This document shows positions 9,795 to 19,738 of a stretch of 45,384 nt of DNA, one piece after another. The notes beneath the pieces were generated by a model that had not been told where the DNA came from, ran no database searches, and worked only from the letters and a program-made list of their open reading frames with translations. Numbering within the stretch: the first letter of the stretch is position 1; every line of letters begins with the position of its first letter. Made by a program: the position numbers and the translations under genes. Source of the DNA: Betaproteobacteria bacterium (lineage in GTDB: Bacteria; Pseudomonadota; Gammaproteobacteria; Burkholderiales; Burkholderiaceae_C); the NCBI GenBank assembly GCA_037140415.1, contig JBAXEN010000001.1, forward strand, positions 1 through 45,384, in the 5' to 3' direction.

Positions 9795-11045
9795 ATGGCT
9801 ATTCCTTATGAGCTGATGCTGGGCTGGCGCTACACCCGGGCGGGGCGGGCTGCACGGCGCAATGGCTTCATTTCCTTTATTTCCGGTGTGTCCATGCTGG
9901 GCATCGCCCTGGGCGTGGCGGCGCTCATCATCGTGCTCAGCGTGATGAACGGCTTCCAAAAAGAGGTGCGCGACCGCATGCTCGGCGTGATCTCGCACAT
10001 CGAGGTGCAGGCGGCCGATGGCGGCGCGATCAAGGACCTGAGCGGCACTTTAGAGGCCCTGCGCCGCCACCCGGCCGTCATCGGCGCCGCTCCCTTCGTC
10101 TCGGCCCAGGCTCTGCTGGCCCGAGGCGAGGAGATGAAGGGCGTTTTGCTGCGCGGCATCGACCCCAGCCTAGAAGGACAGGTCAGCGAATTGGCGGGGC
10201 AGCAAAGGCTGCTCGAGCAGCTGCGGCCCGGCGAATTTGGCATCGTCCTCGGTGTTGAATTGGGTCGATCCATGGGCCTGCGGGTGGGGGACGCCCTCAC
10301 TTTGATCGTTCCGGGTGGGCAGGTCACGCCGGCCGGCGTGGTGCCGCGCCTCAAGCAGATGCGGGTGGCAGGATTTTTCGAATCGGGCCATTTTGAATTC
10401 GACGCGGGCCTGGCCCTGATGCACCAGGATGATGTGCAGCGCCTGATGCGGCTGGAGGGCCCGGGCGGCATCCGCATCAAGCTGCGCGACCTGCACCAGG
10501 CCCGCAGCGTCGGCCAGCAACTGGCCGCGATGCTGCCGCCCGATCTGGTGGTGCGCGATTGGACCAGCCACAACCGGATCTGGTTTGCTGCGGTCCAGCT
10601 GGAAAAACGCATGATGTTCATCATCCTCACCCTGATCGTGGCGGTGGCTGCCTTCAACCTGGTCAGCACCTTGGTGATGACGGTGACCGACAAGCGGGCT
10701 GACATCGCGATCTTGCGCACCTTGGGCGCGAGCCCGCGCAGCATCATGGGCATCTTCATGGTGCAAGGTGCGATGGTGGGCCTGGTCGGCACCGGCGCTG
10801 GTCTGGCGCTGGGCCTTTTGGTTGCCTTCAATATCGATGTCATCGTGCCGGCGCTTGAGCGCCTGCTCAGCGCCAGCTTCCTGCCGCGTGAGATTTACCT
10901 GATCAGCCGCATGCCCAGCGATCCGCAGGCGGCCGATATCTTGCCTATTGCCCTGATTGCACTGGTGCTGGCCTTCCTGGCTACCCTCTATCCGAGCTGG
11001 CGCGCCAGCCGCGTCAACCCGGCCCAGGCCCTGCGCTATGAGTGA
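9795..11045 (+). CDS. lolC: Lipoprotein-releasing ABC permease LolC/E
   Basis: [43 protein letters not shown]; a single LolC/E-type copy here. Confidence 0.93.
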   Translation: MAIPYELMLGWRYTRAGRAARRNGFISFISGVSMLGIALGVAALIIVLSVMNGFQKEVRDRMLGVISHIEVQAADGGAIKDLSGTLEALRRHPAVIGAAPFVSAQALLARGEEMKGVLLRGIDPSLEGQVSELAGQQRLLEQLRPGEFGIVLGVELGRSMGLRVGDALTLIVPGGQVTPAGVVPRLKQMRVAGFFESGHFEFDAGLALMHQDDVQRLMRLEGPGGIRIKLRDLHQARSVGQQLAAMLPPDLVVRDWTSHNRIWFAAVQLEKRMMFIILTLIVAVAAFNLVSTLVMTVTDKRADIAILRTLGASPRSIMGIFMVQGAMVGLVGTGAGLALGLLVAFNIDVIVPALERLLSASFLPREIYLISRMPSDPQAADILPIALIALVLAFLATLYPSWRASRVNPAQALRYE

Positions 11046-11748
11046 GACCTCCTTACCCCGTTCGGATGCGGAGACCCCGGTGCTGCAGGCGCAGGGTCTG
11101 AGCAAGCGCTTTGTCGAGGGTCCGCTGGATGTGCAGGTGCTCAGCGGCGTGGACCTGCAGGTTTCGGCCGGCCAGACCCTGGCCATCGTTGGCGCCTCTG
11201 GCTCGGGCAAAAGCACCTTGCTGCATCTGCTGGGCGGGCTCGATGCGCCCAGTGCGGGCCGTGTATTTTTGATGGGGCAGGAGTTGTCAACCCTGCCCGT
11301 CAGTGAGCAAGGTCGCCTGCGCAACCGCCACCTGGGTTTTGTGTACCAGTTCCACCATTTGCTGCTGGAATTGAGCGCGCTCGAAAATGTGGCCATGCCT
11401 TTGCTGATTGCTCGCCAGACTAAAGCGGCTGCGCTGCAGGCCGCTGCGGCCACCTTGGAGGCGGTTGGGCTGGGCCACCGGCTGCAGCACCGCCCGGCCG
11501 AGCTCTCCGGCGGCGAGCGCCAGCGGGTGGCCATAGCCCGCGCCTTGGTCAACCGACCCGACTGCGTGCTCGCCGATGAACCCACTGGCAACCTCGACCG
11601 CAGCACGGCCGCGATGGTGTTCGATCTGATGCTCGGGCTCGCCCGTGAGCAGGGCACGGCCTTTGTGGTGGTCACCCACGACGAGAGTCTGGCTGAGCGC
11701 TGCCAGCAGCGCTTGCGCTTGCAGCAGGGTCGTCTGGTTGCTGCCTGA
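11038..11748 (+). CDS. lolD: Lipoprotein-releasing ABC ATPase
   Basis: [33 protein letters not shown]. Confidence 0.95.
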   Translation: MSETSLPRSDAETPVLQAQGLSKRFVEGPLDVQVLSGVDLQVSAGQTLAIVGASGSGKSTLLHLLGGLDAPSAGRVFLMGQELSTLPVSEQGRLRNRHLGFVYQFHHLLLELSALENVAMPLLIARQTKAAALQAAAATLEAVGLGHRLQHRPAELSGGERQRVAIARALVNRPDCVLADEPTGNLDRSTAAMVFDLMLGLAREQGTAFVVVTHDESLAERCQQRLRLQQGRLVAA

Positions 11749-11776
11749 GCGGCTGGCCGGCGTGGGCAGGCGGGCC

Positions 11777-12817
11777 TTAAGCGATGCGGTTGAACCAGAG
11801 CATGGACAGGCCAGCCGACAGCAGGGCCAGCGCAGCGCCGAGCAGGGCCAACAGACCTGAAATCTCAGTGTCCTTTTTTTGCAGGGTGAGCTTGGAGCTC
11901 AGCGTGGTGTAGACCTTCTTGAGGTCTTGTGCAGTGCCGGCATAAAAATACTCGGCCTGGGTTTTGGCGGCAATCGCCTTGAGCGACTCCTCATCCAGCC
12001 GCACCCGCATCGACCAGCCTTCAAAGCCGATGGTTTCGCCGTTGACCGTGCCCACTCCCACGGTGTAGATGCGCACACCATAGTCGGCGGCCAGCTTGGC
12101 CGCCTCCATCGGATCGACCCCGGTGGTGCGCTGTCCGTCGGTCAGCAAGATGATGGCGGCCGAGTCGTTGGAGCCGGGCGCAACCGGCTCGTAGGTTTTC
12201 TTGGCGGTCTTGGCCTTGTCATCTAGGCTGGCGCCTTGGGGCCGGCCTCCGTATTGCATCTTGGACAGGTCGATGTCGGCATCCGGAAACAGCTCGGCCA
12301 ATGACATCACGATGCCGTTGCCGATGGCGGTGCCGCGCTGCATCTGGAATTTGTCAATCGCCGCCACCAGGTCTTCTCGGTTGACCGTGGCCGGCTGCAC
12401 CACCGAGGCGGTGCCGGCAAAGGCCACGATCGCCACCTTCACATGGCGTGGCAGATCCGCCAGAAAAGCCTTGGCCGCGTTTTGCGCAGCCACCAATCGG
12501 TTGGGCTCGACGTCGGTGGCGCGCATGCTCCCCGAAACATCCATGGCCAGCACAATGGTGTCTTGCTGCGAGGGCAGGCGGATGGTGGCAAATGGCCGGG
12601 CCGACGCCAGCAGCAGGGCCGTCAAGGCCAGCGCAAACAGCAGCGGCGGCAGGTGCCTGCGCCAGCTGCTGCTGCCCGCCATGGCCTCGCGCACCATGGC
12701 CAGGCTGGCGTAGCGCAAGGCCGCTTGCCGTTTGCGCTTCATCAGCCACAGGTAAAACAGCACCAAGGCCGGCAGGATCAGCAGCAACCAGAGGAGATCG
12801 GGCCAGAAGAAGGTCAT
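11777..12817 (-). CDS. BatA-like VWA domain membrane protein
   Basis: N-terminal TM segments, MIDAS DVSGS, LLTDG, C-terminal TM. Confidence 0.9.
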   Translation of the reverse strand: MTFFWPDLLWLLLILPALVLFYLWLMKRKRQAALRYASLAMVREAMAGSSSWRRHLPPLLFALALTALLLASARPFATIRLPSQQDTIVLAMDVSGSMRATDVEPNRLVAAQNAAKAFLADLPRHVKVAIVAFAGTASVVQPATVNREDLVAAIDKFQMQRGTAIGNGIVMSLAELFPDADIDLSKMQYGGRPQGASLDDKAKTAKKTYEPVAPGSNDSAAIILLTDGQRTTGVDPMEAAKLAADYGVRIYTVGVGTVNGETIGFEGWSMRVRLDEESLKAIAAKTQAEYFYAGTAQDLKKVYTTLSSKLTLQKKDTEISGLLALLGAALALLSAGLSMLWFNRIA

Positions 12818-12850
12818 GGGCTTAGCTTGGGGTGTGAATCGGGCGGGGCG

Positions 12851-13840
12851 TCAGGCCGCCTGCAAGCGACCGCCCGGACCGCGCAGACGCCGTTTGCGCA
12901 GTTGGCAAAATCGCACCAGGGCGTCGAGCAGATCGTCGTCGGTGCGCAACTCCAGCGCGTCCACACCGCTGCGCGCCAGTGCCAGCCTGAGATTGTGTTC
13001 GCGCGCCAGGGCGAGGTCGGCAAAGCGACGCCGAAAGCGCTTGTCCTGGGTATCGACCCACAGGGTCTGACCGGTTTCTGCATCGCGCAGCGGCAGCAGT
13101 CCGATGTCGGGCAGGGCCATCTCCAGCGGGTCATAGAGGCGCACCGCCACCACATCGTGGCGCTGCGCCAGCAGGCCCAGGGCCTGCTCCCAGCCGGACT
13201 CGCTGATGAAATCGGACACCACAATCACCGTTGAGCGCCGGCGCACGCTCTGCGAGGCTGTGCGCAGCAGGTCTTGCAGCCGGGTCGGCCCGCTCAGGGC
13301 CTGTGCGGGGCGTTGGCGCAGCAGGTGCATCAGTTGCAGCACCTGCGCCCGCCCACCGCGTGCTGGCAAAACCGCATCGACTTGCGAGCGGTAAGTCATG
13401 GCGCCGACCCGATTGCCTTCACGGGTGAGCATGCGCGCGAGCACCGCCACCAGGTCCTGCGCCAGATCGCTCTTGCGCTGACGACCCGAGCCGAAATCGA
13501 CCGAGCCGCTCAGATCGAGCAGAAACCAGGCGCTCATCTCGCGGTCTTCGGTGAACACCCGCACATGCGGATGGTCCATGCGGGCCGTCAGGTTCCAGTC
13601 GATGTGCCGCACATCGTCATGGTGCTGGTATTCGCGCAGGTCGGCCAGGTCCATGCCCTGGCCACGCATCAGGGTGCGGTGGTGGCCTTGCAGCAGCCCG
13701 TCGAGGCGGCGCAGTACCGTCCATTCGAGCCGGCGCAGCACAGCCTCGGCACGCTCGGCCGCTGGCTCGGGCACATGCTCGGCCGTTGGTGGGGGCTTGG
13801 GCTGGCGCCCGCGCAACAGCTTAGGCAGCCAGTTTTTCAT
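12851..13840 (-). CDS. DUF58 family protein
   Basis: LREYQHHDDVRHIDWNLTAR, DLSGS, VSDF. Confidence 0.9.
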   Translation of the reverse strand: MKNWLPKLLRGRQPKPPPTAEHVPEPAAERAEAVLRRLEWTVLRRLDGLLQGHHRTLMRGQGMDLADLREYQHHDDVRHIDWNLTARMDHPHVRVFTEDREMSAWFLLDLSGSVDFGSGRQRKSDLAQDLVAVLARMLTREGNRVGAMTYRSQVDAVLPARGGRAQVLQLMHLLRQRPAQALSGPTRLQDLLRTASQSVRRRSTVIVVSDFISESGWEQALGLLAQRHDVVAVRLYDPLEMALPDIGLLPLRDAETGQTLWVDTQDKRFRRRFADLALAREHNLRLALARSGVDALELRTDDDLLDALVRFCQLRKRRLRGPGGRLQAA

Positions 13841-14822
13841 GCTCGAGCGGTTTGGCGGGCGCAGCGATTTTGGCCATGATGCGTGAGATCACCGCGTCGC
13901 TGTCCAGGCCCTCAGACAGCGCCTCATACGACAGCACCAGGCGGTGGCGCAGCACATCGGGCACCAGATCGCTCATGTCTTCGGGCAGCACGTAGCTGCG
14001 TCCACGCAGCAGCGCCAGCGCGCGGGCACCCTCGGTCAGGGCAATGGTGGCGCGAGGACTGGCGCCGAAGGTGATCAGCCGCTTCAGATCGGCCAGGTCA
14101 TGGCGCTCAGGGTGCCGGGTGGCCGAGACCAGCCGCACCGCATAGTGCAGCAGCGAGGGATCGACATAGACCTTGCGGCACTCGGCCTGTAAGGCAGCGA
14201 TCTGCTCGATGCTGGCCACCGCGCCGACTTCGACCTTGGGGCCGATCATGCGCTCGACGATGACGTACTCTTCTTCGTCGCTGGGGTAGTCGACCAGCAC
14301 CTTCATCATGAAACGGTCCACCTGCGCCTCGGGCAGCGGGTAAGTGCCTTCGGTCTCGATCGGGTTTTGCGTGGCCATCACCAAAAACGGGCGCGGCACC
14401 GGGTGGCTTTGGCCGGCAATCGTGACCTGTCTTTCCTGCATCACCTCCAGCAAGGCGCTTTGCACCTTGGCGGGCGCCCGGTTGATCTCGTCGGCCAGCA
14501 GTAAGTTGGTAAACACCGGTCCCAAAGAGGTGCCGAATTCGCCGGTTTTTTGGTTGTAGATACGGGTGCCCACCAGATCGGCCGGCACCAGATCGGGGGT
14601 GAACTGGATGCGCTTGAACTGCCCGCGCACGGTATCGGCCAGGGTTTTGACGGTCAGCGTTTTGGCCAGGCCTGGCACACCCTCGACCAGCAGATGGCCC
14701 TGCGCGAGTATGGCGATCATCACCCGCTCAAGGAAGCGGTCTTGGCCGACCACCACCCGCTTGACCTCGTAGAGGATCTGTTCCATCAGCGCGGCGGTGT
14801 GGGTGGCGGGTTCAGAGTTCAT
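13821..14822 (-). CDS. moxR: MoxR family AAA+ ATPase
   Basis: GVPGLAKT, RIQFTPDL.P.D, LADEINRA, ATQNPIE.EGTYPLPEAQ.DRF. Confidence 0.95.
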   Translation of the reverse strand: MNSEPATHTAALMEQILYEVKRVVVGQDRFLERVMIAILAQGHLLVEGVPGLAKTLTVKTLADTVRGQFKRIQFTPDLVPADLVGTRIYNQKTGEFGTSLGPVFTNLLLADEINRAPAKVQSALLEVMQERQVTIAGQSHPVPRPFLVMATQNPIETEGTYPLPEAQVDRFMMKVLVDYPSDEEEYVIVERMIGPKVEVGAVASIEQIAALQAECRKVYVDPSLLHYAVRLVSATRHPERHDLADLKRLITFGASPRATIALTEGARALALLRGRSYVLPEDMSDLVPDVLRHRLVLSYEALSEGLDSDAVISRIMAKIAAPAKPLEHEKLAA

Positions 14823-14847
14823 GGGCTGTCCTGAGCAAGCAAGGGGT

Positions 14848-15747
14848 TTAGAACGGAGGCATACCGACGGCCGACGCTGCGTTTTCAATCGGCACGGCAA
14901 ATCCGATGCCGATGAAGGTGCGCTGCTGCGAGGGGTTGTAGATGGCGGTCACGATGCCCACCACTTGACCGTCCATGGTCACCAGCGGTCCGCCCGAATT
15001 GCCGGGGTTGGCCGCTGCGTCAAATTGAATCAGATTGCGCATCTCCTGCTGCCCCTCGGGCGAGCGAAAGGCGCGCTGCAAGCCCGAAATGACGCCGGCC
15101 GAGGCCGAAGGCCCGATGCCAAAGGGAAAGCCCACCGCCAGCACCTCGTCGCCGGGCGCCAGGTCGCTGGTTGAGCGCATCGTGGCGGCAATCAGGTCAT
15201 CGGGAATTTTGTGGGCCTGCAGCACCGCCAGATCGTTTTCCGGCTGGGCGCCAGTGACCGAGGCGGTGGTCTCCAGCCCATCGTAGAACTCGATGCGGAT
15301 CACGCTGGCGCCTTGCACCACATGCAGATTGGTCAGGATGATGCCCTTGTCGACGATGACCACGCCGGTGCCCACGCTGCGTTGCACCAGCTCGCCGGTT
15401 TTCGGGTCGGGGCTCATGCCCAGTACCCGCACCACGGAAGGCCGGATCGCCTCGTAGGCCTTGGCCGCCTTCGAGGGCAGTGGCACCGTCTCCAGGGTTT
15501 TGAGCACCGCCGCGTCGATGTCTTTTTGCGTCAGCGCGCGCGGCATGTTCAAAGCCAGGGTGAGCAAGCTGGCGATCGTGGTCAAGGCCAGCAGGGCGAT
15601 GACGCCCCACAGCAGCCGGGGGTCTGCGCGCAGGCGCCGCCAACGCTGCCACGCCGACGGCGCTGGGGGCGTGTCAGCGCCGTCCTGCTCGAGCGGGGGC
15701 GGGCCCGGTCGGGACGCGGAGCTGCTGTAGAGGGCGGACCTTCGCAT
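14848..15747 (-). CDS. Membrane-anchored S1C (HtrA/DegS-like) serine protease without PDZ domain
   Basis: TM helix, TNLHV (His), DLAVL (Asp), NPGNSGGPL (Ser); ends shortly after GIGFAVP. Confidence 0.9.
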   Translation of the reverse strand: MRRSALYSSSASRPGPPPLEQDGADTPPAPSAWQRWRRLRADPRLLWGVIALLALTTIASLLTLALNMPRALTQKDIDAAVLKTLETVPLPSKAAKAYEAIRPSVVRVLGMSPDPKTGELVQRSVGTGVVIVDKGIILTNLHVVQGASVIRIEFYDGLETTASVTGAQPENDLAVLQAHKIPDDLIAATMRSTSDLAPGDEVLAVGFPFGIGPSASAGVISGLQRAFRSPEGQQEMRNLIQFDAAANPGNSGGPLVTMDGQVVGIVTAIYNPSQQRTFIGIGFAVPIENAASAVGMPPF

Positions 15748-15863
15748 CAGATCACCTGCAAGGGGAGGGGCGCTCGCTGCTCAGCGAGCTGCTTGATCTG
15801 CCACGGTATCACGTTCGGCGCGGTTTTGCATGCTGCAGGAAAGGCTTGAGGCATCATGGCGTC

Positions 15864-16730
15864 ATGGTCTGGATCGACACCCACTGCCACCTTGATGCGT
15901 CTGAGTTCGCCCATGACCAGGACGCCATGCGCAGCCGCGCCCGTGCTGCCGGGGTGCAGCACTGCGTGATTCCGGCTGTGGCGCCGACTCATTTTTCCGC
16001 GGTGCGGCAGCTGGCGCACCGCTTCGGCGACAGTTACGCCCTGGGGATACACCCCCTCTATGTCGCCGATGTGACCGATCGGCACCTGGTCGAGCTTGAG
16101 CAAGAGCTGCGGGCCCACCGATCGGACCCGCGGCTTGTTGCGCTGGGCGAAATCGGTCTGGATTTTTTCGTGCCTGCCCTGTGCACGCCGGCCATGCGCG
16201 TTCACCAGGAGCGCATCTACCGCCAGCAACTGCTGCTGGCGCGCCGCCTGGAATTGCCGGTGATTTTGCATGTGCGGCGCTCGGCCGACCGCCTGCTCAA
16301 ACATTTGCGCGAGCTCGCGCCCGCCGCCGGTTGGCACGGCATTGCCCACGCCTTCAACGGCAGTGTGCAGCAGGCCCACGCCTTCGTGGAGCTGGGCTTC
16401 AAGCTCGGCTTTGGCGGTGCCTTGACCTTCCCCGCCGCGCGGCAGCTGCAGCATCTGGCCACCACCTTGCCGATGCAGGCCTTGGTGCTCGAGACCGACG
16501 CGCCCGACATCCCGCCGCAGTGGCTCTACCGCAGCGCTGCCGAGCGTGCCGGCGGGCTGCCCCAAGGGCGCAACGAGCCGGCCGAGTTGCCGCGCATCGC
16601 GCTGCAGTTGGCCCAGCTGCGCGGCCTGGCCCTGCCTGTTCTGGCTGAGCAGCTGCATCACAATGCGCTGGCGGCCTTGCCCGGGCTGTCTGCCTTGCTC
16701 GACCCCACGCCCGCGACCCACCCTGCTTGA
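15864..16730 (+). CDS. tatD: TatD family hydrolase
   Basis: IDTHCHL, GIHP, GEIGLD, ILHVR, LETDAP. Confidence 0.9.
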   Translation: MVWIDTHCHLDASEFAHDQDAMRSRARAAGVQHCVIPAVAPTHFSAVRQLAHRFGDSYALGIHPLYVADVTDRHLVELEQELRAHRSDPRLVALGEIGLDFFVPALCTPAMRVHQERIYRQQLLLARRLELPVILHVRRSADRLLKHLRELAPAAGWHGIAHAFNGSVQQAHAFVELGFKLGFGGALTFPAARQLQHLATTLPMQALVLETDAPDIPPQWLYRSAAERAGGLPQGRNEPAELPRIALQLAQLRGLALPVLAEQLHHNALAALPGLSALLDPTPATHPA

Positions 16731-17500
16731 AGCCGCACCACCGCATGCCCACGCCCGTACCTGCCCAGCTGCCCGAAGTCAGTTTTTCCGAAGACGATGT
16801 GGTGCGTCATTTGCACCTGGGCACCCCGTGGATACAAGGCTCGATGCGACGCGACGCGCCCTATGACATCGAGCTGGAGTACGTGCAGCGCATGATGGCC
16901 TGGTTGCTGTTCGTCCCGGCCGAGACCGTGGCCGAGCGGCATGCGATGCAACTCGGTCTGGGCGCGGCCGCCTTGACCAAGTTTTGCTACAAAAAACTGA
17001 TGATGCGCGCCACCGCCATTGAGCTCAATGAGCAGGTGGTGCTGGCCTGCCGCCAGTGGTTCAGGCTGCCGGCGCCCAATGAGCGTCTGCGCATTGTGCT
17101 GGCCGATGCGGCGCAAGAGATCACCCGGCCGCAGTATGCGGGCACGGTCGACGCGCTGCAGGTTGACCTGTACGACGAAGACGCCGCCGCACCGGTTCTT
17201 GACAGCCCCGCCTTCTATGCCGATTGCCGCCGCCTGCTCACCGACGACGGGGTGATGAGCGTCAATCTGTTTGGCCGCCATGCCAGCTACGAGCAGTCGC
17301 TGGCCAAGATGGCGAGCGCTTTTGGCCCGGAGGCACTCTGGGCCTTTCGGCCCACACGCGAGGGCAATACCGTGGTGCTGGCCCAACGCCGGCCCCAGGC
17401 TCTTGAGCGCCCGCTTCTGGTGCAGCGCGCTCAGGTCATCGCCTCCAAATGGGGCTTGCCTGCCCCTAAGTGGCTCAAAACCTTGCAGCATCCGGGCTGA
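16727..17500 (+). CDS. Spermidine-synthase-like SAM-dependent methyltransferase fold protein
   Basis: LEYVQRMM, LGLGAAAL, IELN, VDLYD; start TTG 16727 or ATG 16745. Confidence 0.75.
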   Translation: MKPHHRMPTPVPAQLPEVSFSEDDVVRHLHLGTPWIQGSMRRDAPYDIELEYVQRMMAWLLFVPAETVAERHAMQLGLGAAALTKFCYKKLMMRATAIELNEQVVLACRQWFRLPAPNERLRIVLADAAQEITRPQYAGTVDALQVDLYDEDAAAPVLDSPAFYADCRRLLTDDGVMSVNLFGRHASYEQSLAKMASAFGPEALWAFRPTREGNTVVLAQRRPQALERPLLVQRAQVIASKWGLPAPKWLKTLQHPG

Positions 17501-17612
17501 GCGCTGTGGCAGCCGCTGGGTCATCGCTGGCATCTAGGTGTAAGCCACATGCCAGAGTGCGTCAGATTGCATGCACAATCGGCCGGTTTTGGAACTTCGA
17601 GGAGTCTGTTTC

Positions 17613-18101
17613 GTGAATATCAAAAGTCAGAAGGACTTTGTGTCCGGGGTGATGTTCATGGTGGTCGGGGCTGCATTTGCCTGGGGTGCCACCAAGTACA
17701 GCGTGGGAACCGGTGCGCGCATGGGCCCGGGCTACTTTCCGCTGATGCTGGGCATCTTGTTGACCGTTCTCGGTGCGGTGGTGACCTTCAACGGTCTGGC
17801 CATTGAGCGGGTCGGTGGTGACAAGATTGGCAAGTGGGCCTGGAAGCCACTGTGCTACATCATTGGCGCCAACCTGATCTTTGGCATCTGCCTGGGCGGC
17901 CTGCCTTCGATCGGCCTGAAGTCGCTGGGGCTGATGGCCGGCATTTACGCGCTGACCTTTGTGGCCAGCATGGCCGAGCCCGGTTGGAAGGTGAAAAACA
18001 CCCTCGCCCTGGCCACTGTGTTGGCCGTTCTGAGCTACCTGGCTTTCATCATGCTGCTCAAGTTGCAGTTTCCGGTCTGGCCGGTAATTTTCACCGCCTG
18101 A
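17613..18101 (+). CDS. tctB: Tripartite tricarboxylate transporter small subunit
   Basis: MGPGYFP motif, TM helices, GAGGAG SD before GTG. Confidence 0.9.
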   Translation: MNIKSQKDFVSGVMFMVVGAAFAWGATKYSVGTGARMGPGYFPLMLGILLTVLGAVVTFNGLAIERVGGDKIGKWAWKPLCYIIGANLIFGICLGGLPSIGLKSLGLMAGIYALTFVASMAEPGWKVKNTLALATVLAVLSYLAFIMLLKLQFPVWPVIFTA

Positions 18102-18124
18102 TCGGCTAGCAAGGAATCAAGACC

Positions 18125-19636
18125 ATGGATCTCATTTCCAATTTGTCGCTGGGTTTTGGCGTGGCATTCACGCCCATCAACCTGCTCTATGCCCTGATCG
18201 GCTGCGTGCTGGGCACCCTCATCGGGGTGCTGCCCGGCATTGGACCGGTGGCCACCATCGCCATGCTGCTGCCGGCCACCTACGCACTGCCGCCGGTGTC
18301 AGCCCTCATCATGCTGGCCGGTATTTACTACGGCGCCCAGTATGGTGGCTCGACCACCGCGATTTTGGTGAACCTGCCGGGAGAATCATCCTCGGTGGTG
18401 ACCTGTATCGACGGCTACCAAATGGCTCGCAAGGGCCGGGCGGGTCCGGCTCTGGCGGCCGCCGGCATAGGCTCGTTCTTCGCCGGCTGCGTGGGCACGC
18501 TGATTCTGGCGGCCTTTGCACCGCCGCTGACCGAGTTGGCCTTCAAATTCGGCCCGGCTGAATACTTTGCCCTGATGGTGCTCGGCCTGATCGGCGCGGT
18601 GGTGCTGGCTTCGGGCTCGCTGGTCAAAGCCATCGCCATGATCATTCTGGGCCTGTTGCTCGGGCTGGTGGGTACCGACGTTAATTCGGGCGTGGCGCGC
18701 TTCTCGTTTGACGTGCCCGAACTGACCGACGGCATCGGCTTTGTGGTGATTGCCATGGGCGTGTTTGGCTACGGCGAGATCATTGCCAACCTGGCTCAGC
18801 CCGAGAGCGAGCGCGAGGTGTTCACCTCCAAAGTCAGCGGCTTGTTCCCCACTGCCGAGGACCTCAAGAACATGGCCCCAGCAGTGCTGCGCGGCACCAC
18901 CTTGGGTTCCCTGCTCGGCATCTTGCCAGGCGGCGGCGCGCTGTTGGCGGCTTTTGCGGCCTATGCCTTGGAAAAGAAGATCAAGCTCAAGCCCGGTGAA
19001 GTTCCCTTCGGTCAGGGCAATATCCGGGGAGTGGCCGGTCCCGAGTCGGCCAACAACTCCGGCGCCCAGACTTCCTTCATTCCGCTGCTCACGCTGGGCA
19101 TTCCGCCCAACGCGGTGATGGCGCTGATGGTCGGTGCGATGACCATCCACAACATCCAGCCCGGCCCGCAGGTGATGACCAGCAACCCCGAGCTGTTCTG
19201 GGGCCTGATCGCCTCGATGTGGATCGGCAATGCGATGCTGGTGATCTTGAACCTGCCGCTGATCGGCATGTGGATCAAGCTGCTGACCGTGCCCTACCGT
19301 TATCTCTTCCCAGCCATCGTCTTGTTCTGTGCGATCGGCGTGTATTCCACCAACAACAACACCTTCGACGTCTGGATGGTGGCCATGTTTGGTGTGATCG
19401 GCTACGCCTTCGTCAAGCTCGGATGCGAGCCGGCCCCCTTGCTGCTTGGCTTCATCTTGGGCCCGATGATGGAAGAAAACCTGCGCCGCGCCTTGCTGCT
19501 GTCACGCGGCGACTGGTCGGTGTTCGTGACCCGGCCACTGTCGGCCTCCCTGCTGGCCGTGGCGGTGATCATGCTTGTGATCGTGCTGCTGCCCTCGGTG
19601 AAAAACAAGCGCGAGGAAGCCTTCGTCGAGGAGTGA
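18125..19636 (+). CDS. tctA: Tripartite tricarboxylate transporter large subunit
   Basis: GVLPGIG, GAQYGGS, PESANN, PLLTLGIP. Confidence 0.96.
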   Translation: MDLISNLSLGFGVAFTPINLLYALIGCVLGTLIGVLPGIGPVATIAMLLPATYALPPVSALIMLAGIYYGAQYGGSTTAILVNLPGESSSVVTCIDGYQMARKGRAGPALAAAGIGSFFAGCVGTLILAAFAPPLTELAFKFGPAEYFALMVLGLIGAVVLASGSLVKAIAMIILGLLLGLVGTDVNSGVARFSFDVPELTDGIGFVVIAMGVFGYGEIIANLAQPESEREVFTSKVSGLFPTAEDLKNMAPAVLRGTTLGSLLGILPGGGALLAAFAAYALEKKIKLKPGEVPFGQGNIRGVAGPESANNSGAQTSFIPLLTLGIPPNAVMALMVGAMTIHNIQPGPQVMTSNPELFWGLIASMWIGNAMLVILNLPLIGMWIKLLTVPYRYLFPAIVLFCAIGVYSTNNNTFDVWMVAMFGVIGYAFVKLGCEPAPLLLGFILGPMMEENLRRALLLSRGDWSVFVTRPLSASLLAVAVIMLVIVLLPSVKNKREEAFVEE

Positions 19637-19655
19637 CGCAGTCTGCCTGAGCGTG

Positions 19656-19685
19656 CAACGGCCCCTGCGGGGGCCGTTGTCGTTT
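19656..19685 (+). terminator. Intrinsic terminator-like hairpin after tctA
   Basis: CAACGGCCCC-TGCG-GGGGCCGTTG perfect 10-bp stem followed by TCGTTT. Confidence 0.7.
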
Positions 19686-19738
19686 GGAGCCCTGCGCTCC
19701 TCGTCGACCCAATTGCCCGGCTCTGACACAATCAAATG

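Noticed and set aside
15824-15837. TTTTGCATGCTGCA upstream of tatD as a further operator copy
   Set aside because: Right half is broken, the register to the -10 differs, and there is no functional link to the cluster
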